DNA of 64,000 bases from an archaeon (GCA_020053355.1 JAGVNI010000008.1:77195-141194); one strand, 5' to 3'. Positions 1 through 9,985 are shown, counted from the first letter of the stretch. Program-made: numbers and translations. Notes: generated by a model not told the origin, from the letters alone.

Positions 1-752
1 TATGACTTGTTGACTTCCAGCATCCTCTCCAGCGTCACATTTTCGACAAACGAGGTTTTGACCCGGGTCGGAATCCCGTTATATGTGAACTGGTAGCCTT
101 CCTTGGCGAGAGACGCGTAGAAAAGGGTCACGTTCTCGTCGTTGAAATCCTGGATGAACACCATCCCGTAAGGCGTCTCGTAGGTTGTGCCGTTTGACAC
201 ATCGAGGTTCCTTTCCGTGAAATAGGAGCGCGGCACCACTTCGCTCATGCTCTTGTTGTAATACCTTGGGACGACGACGACCTTGCCTTCGTCGTAGGGC
301 CCGTAGCCCCGCGCGGGGTCGACCCGGAAGGAGATTGTTTCGTTCAACCTCATCCCCACGACGTTGATCACGAAGCCGTCAATCATGCCCGAGCCAATCT
401 GCGCGGTGAAGTCCAGCGGGACATACTTCCGGCTCGGGTTGTAGAGCCCTGATGCGTTGGCTAAAGTGGCGTTGTTGGTATCGTACAGCGTGCCGTCAAT
501 ATATAGCGAGTACATGACGGACACATTGTCGCCGAGGTTCACCGTGTAGTCCGGCGGAAGCGGCTGCTGGCTCTGGTTCTGGAGCGTCTGGTTCTGGCCG
601 GTCTGGTTCGCCACCGGGGCGGTGACGTTCTGTGCCACTGTGCCGTTCGACATGACCGGCGGCGTATAAGTGGTGTTGTTGCCTGCCGGGGGCGGGTTGA
701 TGCACCCGAAGAGCAGCATGCCTATAATCGCGATTATGATGATGTTCCGCAT
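1..752 (-). CDS. FKBP-type peptidyl-prolyl cis-trans isomerase, secreted/lipoprotein-like, partial (C-terminus lies beyond the window start)
   Basis: The reverse-strand translation starts at the ATG whose complement is at 750-752: MRNIIIIAIIGMLLFGCINPPP... This is a signal peptide with a lipobox-like LFGC. The short archaeal FKBP core follows: GDNVSVMYSLYIDGTLYDTN...PLDFTAQIGSGMIDGFVINVVGMRLNETISFRVDPARGYGPYDEGKVVVVPR. Many N-x-S/T sequons are present. The reading frame runs off the window at position 1 with no stop. This gene is not in the supplied ORF track. Confidence 0.55.
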   Translation of the reverse strand, partial: MRNIIIIAIIGMLLFGCINPPPAGNNTTYTPPVMSNGTVAQNVTAPVANQTGQNQTLQNQSQQPLPPDYTVNLGDNVSVMYSLYIDGTLYDTNNATLANASGLYNPSRKYVPLDFTAQIGSGMIDGFVINVVGMRLNETISFRVDPARGYGPYDEGKVVVVPRYYNKSMSEVVPRSYFTERNLDVSNGTTYETPYGMVFIQDFNDENVTLFYASLAKEGYQFTYNGIPTRVKTSFVENVTLERMLEVNKS

Positions 753-1102
753 TGAATTCACCTCGGAATTTGTGAGTAAAAAATATGGGGTCACGGAGAA
801 ATTCTGCGTTCCCGGTTTCCCGTTTCCGGTTTCCGGACGCGCTTTCGAACTCCGATATGCAGGTATCTACGGCCACATTGCCTCCCATTTCTAGAAGGCG
901 GGATCTGGAGCCTGCCGTACTACCAGGTTATACTATAACCCCATGTCGATGGGGTCAGGCTTGAATCGCTGTCCAAGCGATAACCCCATAACAAAGCCCT
1001 CGAACTAACTGAGTTCGAGGCTGACTTATTGCTCATCGCGGATTTATATTAATTGCGCAATCCTGCGGTTTCCAAAATAATATAAACATCGGATGGCCGA
1101 TT

Positions 1103-1918
1103 ATGCGCATGGACGCGCGCGAAATGCTCATCAAATCGGCTAGGGAAAATAAGACTATCTTGTGCTTCGGCATCGACCCGGACATACCGAAGATGGAGGC
1201 TGCAATAGGCCACGGGAAGACAGTGGAGCAGACCATCGGCCCTTTCTTCCATCCGATTATCGAGAAGCTCCTTTCCGAGAATGCCATATCCGCCCTCAAG
1301 CCGAATTACGCTTATTTCGCCCAGTACGGCTTCGACGGCCTCTACGCCCTCGAGGACATCATCCAGCATTACAAGGGGAAGGTGCCGGTGATTCTGGACG
1401 GCAAGCGGGGCGACATCGGGAAAAGCAGCGAGGCATACGCGCGCGAGGCGTACGATTTCTGGGGCGCGGACGCGGTCACAATCAGCCCGTATATGGGCGA
1501 GGATTCCGTGAAGCCGTTCGTGCGGGAAGGGAAGCTGGCTTACATGCTTTGCCGGACTTCGAATCCCGGCGCGAAGGATTTCGAGGAACTGATGGTCGGA
1601 AAGAAAGCCGTGTTCGAGCACGTCGCGGAGAAAGCGATGGAATGGAAAACAGGCCTGGTCGTCGGGGCAACAAGCGACGCGATAAAGATGCTCGCCAAAG
1701 CCACGAAAAACGAGGTGCCTTTCCTGATTCCGGGCGTGGGGAGCCAGGGCGGCGATTTGGAGATGGTGATGGATGCGATAAAGGCGAACCCGGCCATCCA
1801 CCGCATCAACGCATCGTCGTCGATTGCGTATGCTTATGCGAAAGCAGGCGGAAAGCCGGCGGATGCCGCGCTTAAAGAGGCGCAAAGGCTGAACTCGGTC
1901 ATCCGGAAGCAGTTCTAG
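1103..1918 (+). CDS. pyrF: orotidine 5'-phosphate decarboxylase (type 2)
   Basis: ILCFGIDPD, KPNYAYF and ILDGKRGDIG motifs are typical of OMP decarboxylase. The length of 271 aa fits. An AT-rich TATA-like box (aataatataaa, about 1076-1086) lies roughly 20 nt upstream of the ATG, suggesting a leaderless transcript. Confidence 0.8.
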   Translation: MRMDAREMLIKSARENKTILCFGIDPDIPKMEAAIGHGKTVEQTIGPFFHPIIEKLLSENAISALKPNYAYFAQYGFDGLYALEDIIQHYKGKVPVILDGKRGDIGKSSEAYAREAYDFWGADAVTISPYMGEDSVKPFVREGKLAYMLCRTSNPGAKDFEELMVGKKAVFEHVAEKAMEWKTGLVVGATSDAIKMLAKATKNEVPFLIPGVGSQGGDLEMVMDAIKANPAIHRINASSSIAYAYAKAGGKPADAALKEAQRLNSVIRKQF

Positions 1919-1934
1919 CGAGCCCCGGGCGCCA

Positions 1935-3596
1935 TCAGAATTTGAGCCGCTCCAGGGCTGATGCTATAATCGCCCAGTTCACGGATAATGCATATATCAG
2001 AAGCAGTAAAAGCAGGAAATAGACTATCCTAATCGGCTTCTTCGTCAGGTATTTGCAGAGCGACTTCAGCGGTTTTATTATAAGGGCGGTAATGACCATC
2101 CCCGCAGCCTTCAGGAGGAACTGCAGGAGCTTGAGCAGGCCCCCGAGCAGTGCGTCAAGGATGCCGGGGCCGGTTTTCTTTACCACCTTTTTCTCGATGA
2201 CGACCTCCTTCACCACTTCCTTCACGCGGACCGGCTGGACTTTCGGGGATGGGGCGGGTTTGAAGACGGGCGGAGCGGGCCGCTCCCGGGTTTCGGGTTT
2301 GGGGGAGGCTGCAGCCTTCGGTTTTGCCTTCGGTGCCGCTTCCTTCTTCGCATATTTCTTGAGGAGCGCGGCATCGCATGCCTTGCGGAGCGCATCGTCC
2401 GGAACGACGCTCATCGTGGTTGCGGGGGCGAATACCTTAACCTTGACCGGCGAGGTCTGGTTGCCCGTATCATCGAGCGTTGAGAGAAGCGCGGTGCCGG
2501 GTGGGAGGGACTTCAGCGCCTCCATAACATCGAAATCAGATTTCGGGAATGATTTGGCAAGCGCGCGGAGCCGGGCGTTTCCTTTCTCGGTCATGGTCTT
2601 CTGGGAAAAGATTACCTTGGTCGAAAGCTGGCCGAGGATTTCATCCGGAATATCCGTGACATCCTGGGTGACGAAGAAGACAGAGACGCCTTTCGAGCGG
2701 ATTTGCTTCAGCATCGTCACCATCAGGTCCTTGAGGGACTTGTTTGCGTCCTTGAACAGGTAGTGCGCCTCGTCGAAGAAAATAGCGAACTGCGGCTTAT
2801 CCGAATCGCCCACTTCGGGCATGTTGGCGAATAGTTTTTGGAGCAGGAAGGCGGGCGCCATGGTCACAGCCATGTCACTGCGGGCATCGGAAAGGTTCAG
2901 CACGTTCAGCCCGCCCAAATCCTCAAGGCGCACTGCCGGCTTCCCGAACATCCTCTCAAGGCCGGATTCCTGGAGCGCGATGATTTTCCGCTGGATGACC
3001 GAGATGCTTGAAGGGCTGATGCCCCTCTGGTTAGTGCTGACAAGCTGGTCCAGGACGTCGAGAAGCTGCTCTGGCGTATCGAGGGGGATGGAGTTCTTTT
3101 TCGCGTATGAGAAAGCGATTGCGAGGTGGCTCTCCTGCGTCGGGTTCAGCGAGAGGAGGCGGGAGAAAAGGACGCTGCCTACGCTGGCAACAGAAAAGCG
3201 GAATGGGATGAAGCGGTCGCTGGCACTCCAGTAGTTGGTGCCGAAAGCCTGCGGCTCGAACGGGGCGAGCGAGTTTCGCGCCTTCCACTTGGTTTCCGTT
3301 TCAGAAGGCGCATCGTCCGGCTTGCCCGAGGTAAATGCCCGCTGGCAGAATCCGCTCGCATCCCCCTTCACATCGGACACAAATACGTGGACGCCGGAGG
3401 CCGCAAGCTGCTCGGCCAGGACCTGCATGGCGCGGCTTTTCCCCGTGCCCGTGCTGCCGGCTATAATGCCATGCCGGGTCAGGTAGCGCAGGGGTATTCC
3501 GCAAACAGAGCCCTTCGACTCGCCCAGTGAAATCATCGAGGTCGTATCGTCATCATTTGCCATCGGTTTGAGTAAGCAAACGGGATTTTTAATCAT
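1935..3596 (-). CDS. P-loop NTPase of the HerA-like/DUF853 type with a C-terminal Lys/Ala/Pro-rich linker and hydrophobic tail
   Basis: Walker A GIIAGSTGTGKSR and Walker B-like FFDEAHYLF are present. The C-terminus is KAKPKAAASPKPETRERPAPPVFKPAPSPK followed by a hydrophobic segment LLGGLLKLLQFLLKAAGMVITALII. An alternative start lies at MANDDD (3563). Confidence 0.55.
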   Translation of the reverse strand: MIKNPVCLLKPMANDDDTTSMISLGESKGSVCGIPLRYLTRHGIIAGSTGTGKSRAMQVLAEQLAASGVHVFVSDVKGDASGFCQRAFTSGKPDDAPSETETKWKARNSLAPFEPQAFGTNYWSASDRFIPFRFSVASVGSVLFSRLLSLNPTQESHLAIAFSYAKKNSIPLDTPEQLLDVLDQLVSTNQRGISPSSISVIQRKIIALQESGLERMFGKPAVRLEDLGGLNVLNLSDARSDMAVTMAPAFLLQKLFANMPEVGDSDKPQFAIFFDEAHYLFKDANKSLKDLMVTMLKQIRSKGVSVFFVTQDVTDIPDEILGQLSTKVIFSQKTMTEKGNARLRALAKSFPKSDFDVMEALKSLPPGTALLSTLDDTGNQTSPVKVKVFAPATTMSVVPDDALRKACDAALLKKYAKKEAAPKAKPKAAASPKPETRERPAPPVFKPAPSPKVQPVRVKEVVKEVVIEKKVVKKTGPGILDALLGGLLKLLQFLLKAAGMVITALIIKPLKSLCKYLTKKPIRIVYFLLLLLLIYALSVNWAIIASALERLKF

Positions 3597-3613
3597 GAGC
3601 GAGAAGGCGCATA

Positions 3614-4405
3614 ATGGATAGCCTCATCAAGTCGCTCTATACACCGCCGAAAGATTCGCGCAAGGGCGATAACGGCCGGCTGCTCATTGTCGGCGGAAGC
3701 AGGGACTACCACGGCGCTCCCATGTTTGCCCTGCTTGCTGCAAGGCGCTTTGTCGATTTGCTCTATTTCCTGCCTGCAGAGAAGGACTCGTTCCTGATAA
3801 GTGCGGTGAAAACGATTCCCGAAGCGATAGTCGTGGATAGCTACGCAAGCCCTGCAATCCGCGGGAAGATTGACTGCGTGCTATATGGAATCGGGCTCGG
3901 AGATGCGAAACCGCCACTCCCGAAACCCGGGAAAACCGAAACTCAAAACCTGCAACTCGTTATTGATGGCGATGGCCTCAAGCGGGTGAAGGGGAAAATC
4001 CCGAAGGGCGCCATCCTCACCCCGCACGAGAACGAATTCAAAATGCTGTTCGGAATGGAAGGAAGCGAGCGGAACGTTTTAGAGATGGCCAAGAGGCACG
4101 GGTGCGTCATCCTCAAGAAGGGGCCCGTGGATATAATCGCGGACGGGAGACCGGCTGCTGGAAACGGGAAACTGGAAACCAACCGCATCCACAACCAGGG
4201 TATGACCAAGGGCGGAACGGGGGATGTGCTTGCAGGGCTGGTGGTCGCCCTCGCCTGCAAGAACGACGCGTTCACAGCAGCTGTCGCCGGGACGAGAATC
4301 AACGGCAACGCCGGCAACATGCTCAAAAAAAGGTTTGGTTACAATTATTGCGCATCCGACCTCGCAGAAATGCTGGCGGAGAGCTACGAGACATTAAGGC
4401 GATGA
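3614..4405 (+). CDS. nnrD: ADP-dependent NAD(P)H-hydrate dehydratase (YjeF C-terminal / carbohydrate kinase-like)
   Basis: KGDNGRLLIVGGSRDYHGAP and GGTGDVLAGLV motifs are characteristic of the YjeF C-terminal domain family. Confidence 0.7.
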   Translation: MDSLIKSLYTPPKDSRKGDNGRLLIVGGSRDYHGAPMFALLAARRFVDLLYFLPAEKDSFLISAVKTIPEAIVVDSYASPAIRGKIDCVLYGIGLGDAKPPLPKPGKTETQNLQLVIDGDGLKRVKGKIPKGAILTPHENEFKMLFGMEGSERNVLEMAKRHGCVILKKGPVDIIADGRPAAGNGKLETNRIHNQGMTKGGTGDVLAGLVVALACKNDAFTAAVAGTRINGNAGNMLKKRFGYNYCASDLAEMLAESYETLRR

Positions 4406-4406
4406 C

Positions 4407-5303
4407 ATGATTATCCGGGATATAACGGTTGAGGATTTGAAGGCGCTGGACGGCACCATGCTTGCCGGCTGCGGATTCCAGGCTACAAACATCGGCAGAG
4501 CCATCGACATCATCGCAAGGATGAAGAAGCAGAAATCCACCGTCTTCCTGACATTCACATCGAACATGATTGCCTCGGGGCTCCGGGGCATAGTGGCCGA
4601 GATGTGCAAGAGGAAGTTCGTAGATGCCATAATTACTGCAGGCGGCTCGCTCGACCATGACCTTATCCGGTCCGCAAAGCCATACGAGCTTGGCGACTTC
4701 ATGATGGATGACGCCAAGCTGCACCAGAAAGGCATCAACAGGCTCGGCAACATCCTCGTCCCGAACGATAGGTACGAATATCTCGAAGGCTTCATGAAGG
4801 GGGTTTACGACGAGCTTTATGCAGTCGACAAACTCACCTCCCCGTCCGCCATCGCGAGGAAGATTGGGGAAAAGACGAAGCCGGACTCTTTCCTGCACTG
4901 GTGCACGAAGAACAAAATCCCGGTCTTCTGCCCAGGCATCACGGATTCGGCCATAGGCCTCCAGACATATTTCTACAAGCAGAAAAGGAAGGACTTCGGA
5001 ATCGACGTCACAAAGGACATGAACGAGTTGGCCCAGCTGTCATTGAACGCGGACAGCACCGGGGGCATCGTCCTTGGCGGCGGAATCTCGAAGCACCATG
5101 CGATTGGCGTGAACCTGCTCCGTGGCGGATTCGACTATGCGGTCTACGTGACCACGTCCTCGCCGTGGGACGGCTCGCTGAGTGGCGCGCGCACGAACGA
5201 GGGCATCTCCTGGGGCAAAATCAAGGAGAAGGCGAACCACGTGACCGTGGATGCGGATGCGACGATAGCCGTGCCCCTGATCATGGCGCCTTTTCTGAGG
5301 TAA
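4407..5303 (+). CDS. dys: deoxyhypusine synthase
   Basis: GGGISKHHAIGVN matches the DHS GGGxxKHH signature. The 298-aa length fits archaeal DHS. The start overlaps the upstream stop (TGAcATG). Confidence 0.75.
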   Translation: MIIRDITVEDLKALDGTMLAGCGFQATNIGRAIDIIARMKKQKSTVFLTFTSNMIASGLRGIVAEMCKRKFVDAIITAGGSLDHDLIRSAKPYELGDFMMDDAKLHQKGINRLGNILVPNDRYEYLEGFMKGVYDELYAVDKLTSPSAIARKIGEKTKPDSFLHWCTKNKIPVFCPGITDSAIGLQTYFYKQKRKDFGIDVTKDMNELAQLSLNADSTGGIVLGGGISKHHAIGVNLLRGGFDYAVYVTTSSPWDGSLSGARTNEGISWGKIKEKANHVTVDADATIAVPLIMAPFLR

Positions 5304-5306
5304 GCC

Positions 5307-6218
5307 TTAATCCTTCAATATCCGCTTGAACTCGATGCCCTGCCACTCTTCGAGTTTTCCAAACCAGAAAGGACGCGGTTCATACCCGTCTAGCGGTTTG
5401 AAGATATTCCGATTAACAAACTCGTAAACATTCTCCAGGGGGTAACCAAAGAAAATCCCCGCAATAGCATGTCTTGCTGGCCACAGCACGTGCAAAGGGA
5501 TTCGTTCTTTCAGAAGCACGTGAGGAAAACGAGCGGGGGGCTTATCTGCCATTTTATTGAGGATACCCCTTACGGCTTGACCAAGAAGCGGATGAAAGAC
5601 AGAGAAAGAACGTACAAGTTCTTCTATATCGAATAATTCCCTGGTCGGAATTGGTTTTGATACGTTTATTCGGGAACCTTCTCGGACGATTACGAGCCCG
5701 GCAGCCTCAGCCTTGGCCTTATGCTCCTTGCCGATTTCTGAAACCGGCTTTTTTCCACAAATCACGCTTTCAAGAAGGAGATTGTCATCCATGCACGATA
5801 GATTTTCCGCAACATTAAAAGGAGCCCCAGAAAGCCGGGGTAAATCAGAAGAAACGCCCCCCATCGCAAGTTCCGCCTCATGCACCTTGGCCATCAGTTT
5901 TGTAATCCCGAGATTGTAGTGGCCACCCAGAACACCCAGCTCCAACGCCAGCCAGCGGATGCTGGGTTTGTCATTGAGTTTAACGCTGGAACAATTCCCA
6001 TTTACCGAATCCTTTACGAAATCAAGCCGGTCCAATACGAGGTCATCGCCCACGGCCTTGTTCCACCTTCCCGCCTCGAAGAAAAGCTTAATCCGCCTAA
6101 GGGGTGAATCATCAAAATTCCCCCTCGCACGTTCCATATCATTTCGTTTATAGTAATCACTAGGGTCGATAGGATTGCAGGGTGGCACACGGATGATTTG
6201 TTTCGTCAAGCGAGACAT
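5307..6218 (-). CDS. hypothetical protein, possible class I SAM-dependent methyltransferase
   Basis: An intact ORF of 303 aa. LELGVLGGHYNLG resembles methyltransferase motif I (hh[DE]hGxGxG). No further signature was recognised. Confidence 0.3.
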   Translation of the reverse strand: MSRLTKQIIRVPPCNPIDPSDYYKRNDMERARGNFDDSPLRRIKLFFEAGRWNKAVGDDLVLDRLDFVKDSVNGNCSSVKLNDKPSIRWLALELGVLGGHYNLGITKLMAKVHEAELAMGGVSSDLPRLSGAPFNVAENLSCMDDNLLLESVICGKKPVSEIGKEHKAKAEAAGLVIVREGSRINVSKPIPTRELFDIEELVRSFSVFHPLLGQAVRGILNKMADKPPARFPHVLLKERIPLHVLWPARHAIAGIFFGYPLENVYEFVNRNIFKPLDGYEPRPFWFGKLEEWQGIEFKRILKD

Positions 6219-6310
6219 GCTATCAATGTCGTAAATAGTGTTACGAAATGCTTTAAAAGAGACCGGCAGAGACAGAATGCCGAACCAAGAGCAGGGTTAT
6301 AAACATCATT

Positions 6311-6904
6311 TTGCAACTGGAATCGATGGAGTCATACGTAATTTACTTGATTCTGGCTTTCCTTGCCGGCGCACTTGTCAAGACAGTCGACTGGCTTGAT
6401 GATACGAAAAAAAGCAAGAACCCAATCAAGTACGTCCTCGCAATCCTCTACGGCATCGCAATCGGCTACCTAATCAGCCTGCCGCAGTTCTCGGCGATAT
6501 TCTTAGCGGCCCTTGCCGCGCAGGTCTTTGCCCGGAAGGTCGACACCACGGCGCACAAGCTCGGCTTCCTCGTGGCGGCGCTCTCGCTCATATTCTTCAG
6601 CTTCCCGACAATCAACCCGCTCCTGTTCTTCTTCTTCCTGATAATGGCAGTGCTGGATGAAATGGATTACATCGGCAGGCTCAGGCCTCTCGTCGAATAC
6701 AGGCCGTTCCTGAAAATCGCGGCGTTTTTGCCAGCGGTCTGGGGCGTCTGGGATTACGTCTTCGGGATATTCATTTTCGATATCGGGTACGAGATGATAA
6801 CTGCGCTCACGAAAAGCCGGGAAGAGGAGGCCAAAGCGTCCCATCCTGGCGGCTCCCGCGCCGTCAAAACCCGCAATCCGAAACCCCGGCAGCGCAACCC
6901 CTAG
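6311..6904 (+). CDS. integral membrane protein, function unknown
   Basis: There are 5-6 hydrophobic helices (YLILAFLAGALV, VLAILYGIAIGYLISL, FLVAALSLIFFSF and others) and a basic C-terminal tail. Confidence 0.4.
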   Translation: MQLESMESYVIYLILAFLAGALVKTVDWLDDTKKSKNPIKYVLAILYGIAIGYLISLPQFSAIFLAALAAQVFARKVDTTAHKLGFLVAALSLIFFSFPTINPLLFFFFLIMAVLDEMDYIGRLRPLVEYRPFLKIAAFLPAVWGVWDYVFGIFIFDIGYEMITALTKSREEEAKASHPGGSRAVKTRNPKPRQRNP

Positions 6905-6936
6905 GTATTTTAGCGGTATCCAATGAATAACCCCTC

Positions 6937-7890
6937 ATGGCGGAGGGTCTCGAATTCGCTCTCAGGTATCCATTTAGCGACAGCGCCAAAGCCGCGCTTT
7001 CCGGGATGGACCTTACCGAGAGGATTGTAGACCTGGCTGCTGAGAGGCTGCTAAAGGCCCTGAAAGGGGACAAATCCACGAAAATGCTCCTCCATGACTC
7101 GGACCGCAAGGAGGAAATCGCCTCGTTCGCGGCGGCCAGGATGATTCTCGGCCAGATGCGCAACGGCTACATGACGAACATGTTCGCGGTCAACGAATCC
7201 AAGCGGGTGCGCGACTGCCTGGACAGGGACGACGAGCGGACGGTGGACGCTGTGGCAGCGCAATTCGGCATTTCCACAACAAGTGAAGGCAAGAAACTGA
7301 CGATAGACCTCCCGACCTACCTGAAATTCAGCACGCGGAACCCGCATTATCGGCTAATCAACCGGCGCCTGGTCCGCGGCAGGGTGGAAATCAACTACGA
7401 GGAGAAGAAACGCCTCATTGAGGAGGCCGTGAAGAAGCACATGGAGAGCATCCCGCTAATCAAGGACCCGCCGGATATCATCAAGGCAGCCGGGGCAAGG
7501 CTTATTGCCGAACTGCCTAAGACCGAGAGCAGGGTCCTTGGGAACATCAAGCCCGGAGACCACCCCCCATGCGTCATGAAGCTGCTGGATGAGATGAAGA
7601 AGCACACGAACCTCCCGCACCAGGCAAGGCTGTATCTCGCCACGTATTTCCTGGCAATCGGGATGAACGAGGACGAGTTGACGAAGATGTTCTCCATGCT
7701 TCCGGATTTTTCCGAAAAAATCACGAGATACCAGGTCGGGCACATCAAGAAGAAGGAGTACAACGTGGCATCCTGCGCGACGGTGATGACATACGGGCTT
7801 TGCTGCGCAGTCTGCAGGATAGGGAGCCCGCTGAATTGGCATACGCTGGATGATTTCCGCAAGAATGCGATTAAGGAGAGGGGAGCCTGA
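6937..7890 (+). CDS. priL: DNA primase large subunit PriL
   Basis: A C-terminal 4-Cys cluster (PPCVMKLL...CATVMTYGLCCAVC) is typical of the PriL Fe-S domain. The gene lies immediately upstream of the catalytic primase subunit. Confidence 0.7.
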   Translation: MAEGLEFALRYPFSDSAKAALSGMDLTERIVDLAAERLLKALKGDKSTKMLLHDSDRKEEIASFAAARMILGQMRNGYMTNMFAVNESKRVRDCLDRDDERTVDAVAAQFGISTTSEGKKLTIDLPTYLKFSTRNPHYRLINRRLVRGRVEINYEEKKRLIEEAVKKHMESIPLIKDPPDIIKAAGARLIAELPKTESRVLGNIKPGDHPPCVMKLLDEMKKHTNLPHQARLYLATYFLAIGMNEDELTKMFSMLPDFSEKITRYQVGHIKKKEYNVASCATVMTYGLCCAVCRIGSPLNWHTLDDFRKNAIKERGA

Positions 7891-7895
7891 CCGTC

Positions 7896-9002
7896 ATGAA
7901 CGCGAATGACACAATGGTTGCAAAGAAGATTTTCGCTTCATACTATGAGACTGCGGAGTTCCGGATTCCGCGAATCGAGCAGAGGGAGTTCGGCATTGGG
8001 AACATGAAGAAAATCGACGCCCGCCACCTCAACTTCGGAAATGCGCAGGAATTCCGGAACTACCTCTGCAACAACACGCCGCTCTTCGTTTCGCATTCGA
8101 CCGGGTACTACGAGTTCCCGGGCGCAAGCCCGATGGTGAAGAAATGCTGGAAGGGGGCTGACGTGGTCTTCGATCTGGACATCCATGCCGAGGGGAAATA
8201 CGGCGCATATGCGCACCTTGGCCGCGTCAAGGAGGACGTGATGCGCCTCGTGAATGATTTCATCCTGAATGATTTCGGAATCGGCAGGGACAACGTCGCG
8301 GTGGCTTTTTCCGGGAACCGGGGCTACCATGTCCATGTGCGCGACCCGGCGTTCCTCTCGATTGGAAGCGACGAGCGGCGCGAACTGGTGGATTACATCA
8401 TGGGCCAGGGACTCGATTACACCCAGTTCTTCTCGCCATCCGATACGAAGCCGGCAAGGTTGCTTGGCCCGAAGCCTGACGAAGGCGGATACCGGGGCAG
8501 GCTGGCAAGGGGCACGATTAAGCTCCTGGAAGAAGACCCGGGCAAGCTGTCCAGGCTGTTTACTAAAGAAAAAGAGCGCGGGTTCTTCATCAGCGGGATT
8601 CAGGAGGGCAACTGGAGCAGGACCTCCCTCAAATCAGGCGACCTCGTATCAAGGCTAAAAGGCGTGGCCGCAACCCTTCCGGTCAGTTCCGTGGACACAG
8701 ATGCGGGAGTCACCCAAGACCTTAGCAAGCTGATACGCGTGCCGAATTCCATCCACGGAGACACGGGCATGGTGGCGAGGATTATCGAGGATATCGGGGC
8801 GTTCGACCCCTGGAAGGATGCCATGATGCGCGAGGCAGAGGGCGGCGGGACGGGCGAGATGAAGATACGGTTCACCGAAGACGTTCCAGCCATTGAGATG
8901 GACCAGACGCTGGGGCCGTTCAAGAAAGACGATGAGTTGGCGCTGCCAAGGCATTATGCGCTCTTTTTCGTCCTGAAGGGAAGCGCTACGATTTCCGGTT
9001 GA
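7896..9002 (+). CDS. priS: DNA primase small (catalytic) subunit PriS
   Basis: VVFDLDIH and SGNRGYHVHV acidic/His motifs mark the archaeo-eukaryotic primase catalytic domain. Confidence 0.8.
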   Translation: MNANDTMVAKKIFASYYETAEFRIPRIEQREFGIGNMKKIDARHLNFGNAQEFRNYLCNNTPLFVSHSTGYYEFPGASPMVKKCWKGADVVFDLDIHAEGKYGAYAHLGRVKEDVMRLVNDFILNDFGIGRDNVAVAFSGNRGYHVHVRDPAFLSIGSDERRELVDYIMGQGLDYTQFFSPSDTKPARLLGPKPDEGGYRGRLARGTIKLLEEDPGKLSRLFTKEKERGFFISGIQEGNWSRTSLKSGDLVSRLKGVAATLPVSSVDTDAGVTQDLSKLIRVPNSIHGDTGMVARIIEDIGAFDPWKDAMMREAEGGGTGEMKIRFTEDVPAIEMDQTLGPFKKDDELALPRHYALFFVLKGSATISG

Positions 9003-9008
9003 ATGCCC

Positions 9009-9932
9009 TTAGACGTAAGGAAGCGAATTCAAAACATCCATGATATCGCTGGTGTCCAGGCCGAACAGGCGCCGGTAAGTCGCGTCGTATTCGGCAATGG
9101 CTGCGAGCGCTATCCGCTCTATTGAAGATTGGGCTTTATCAGATAAACCGCCGCTTGGGGGCTCCGCGCTTTTAAAGAGCGCCAAGGTCCCATCTATTTC
9201 ACCCTCGGATAATCCGTATTTCGTCATTAAAACATATATAAACTTCCTGGATGCGCAAACATGGGAAATGGTTAGGGGAGTCAGGCTCTCTCCGGCAACC
9301 ATGAGGCCATAGTCCATACCGCCAAAAAGCCCCCTGGCATAGGCAAGGTATTCTGCCGTCGCGGTATCCAGCCAAGTCATCGGATAGCCTGCCAGGTGGA
9401 AAAGGCTGTAGTGGAAGGCATGCTCCAATTCATGATTAAGGACGCTCTCAAAGTTCGTAGCGCTCGTTTGGATGAACGCTTCGTGGATAAATATGTCGTA
9501 TGCGCCTTCAATTTCTCCTCCCACGGTTTGGGAATTGCGCAGGGTGGTCGCCTTCAGGTCCCCGAAATATATTACGGACCCGGTTTCCACCAGATAGCCG
9601 CCTCTTCCAGAGACCGCCTGTATGCCCTTGTCGGCATTTTCGATGTTGAACTGGACGACGTCCCGTACAGCGTTCCGCCGTTCTGCCTTGCCCATCCACT
9701 TGCCGCATGGGATGGACAGGCCGGGTTCCACAATTGGGGCCGGGAATCGCTTCATATTATAGGAAGGGCCGTCAAACACTGCCTTGCCAATCAGGCTTTT
9801 GATGAAAGGGATGCGGGTATTGAGGCCCTTGGCTGCATCCTGGGTGGCAGTGCGAACGGCAGTTTCGTGGAGCTTCCGTTTCCTGGCCGCCTGGCTGAAA
9901 CCAGAGATAAGATAAAGAGGAAGATGCGTCAT
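9009..9932 (-). CDS. putative Zn-dependent metallopeptidase (HExxH), paralog 1
   Basis: HELEHAFHYSLFHLAG contains an HExxH motif. The N-terminus (GFS..RKRKL...GLNTRIPFIK) and C-terminus (YRRLFGLD..D....L) are conserved with the adjacent paralog. Confidence 0.5.
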   Translation of the reverse strand: MTHLPLYLISGFSQAARKRKLHETAVRTATQDAAKGLNTRIPFIKSLIGKAVFDGPSYNMKRFPAPIVEPGLSIPCGKWMGKAERRNAVRDVVQFNIENADKGIQAVSGRGGYLVETGSVIYFGDLKATTLRNSQTVGGEIEGAYDIFIHEAFIQTSATNFESVLNHELEHAFHYSLFHLAGYPMTWLDTATAEYLAYARGLFGGMDYGLMVAGESLTPLTISHVCASRKFIYVLMTKYGLSEGEIDGTLALFKSAEPPSGGLSDKAQSSIERIALAAIAEYDATYRRLFGLDTSDIMDVLNSLPYV

Positions 9933-9985
9933 TGGAAAAATATTGTGTATAGAAAAGGTTAAAAGAGATATTAAAATCGGGGAAT

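Noticed and set aside
496-888. 130-aa minus-strand ORF at the window start
   Set aside because: It is out of frame with, and overlaps, the FKBP-type PPIase gene (ATG complement at 750-752). That gene has a coherent signal peptide and FKBP core. The 130-aa product is low-complexity.
1049-1885. 278-aa and 237-aa ORFs overlapping pyrF on the opposite strand and in another frame
   Set aside because: They fall entirely within a gene that has clear OMP decarboxylase motifs. Their products are Arg/His-rich with low-complexity composition, typical of antisense reading of GC-rich coding DNA.
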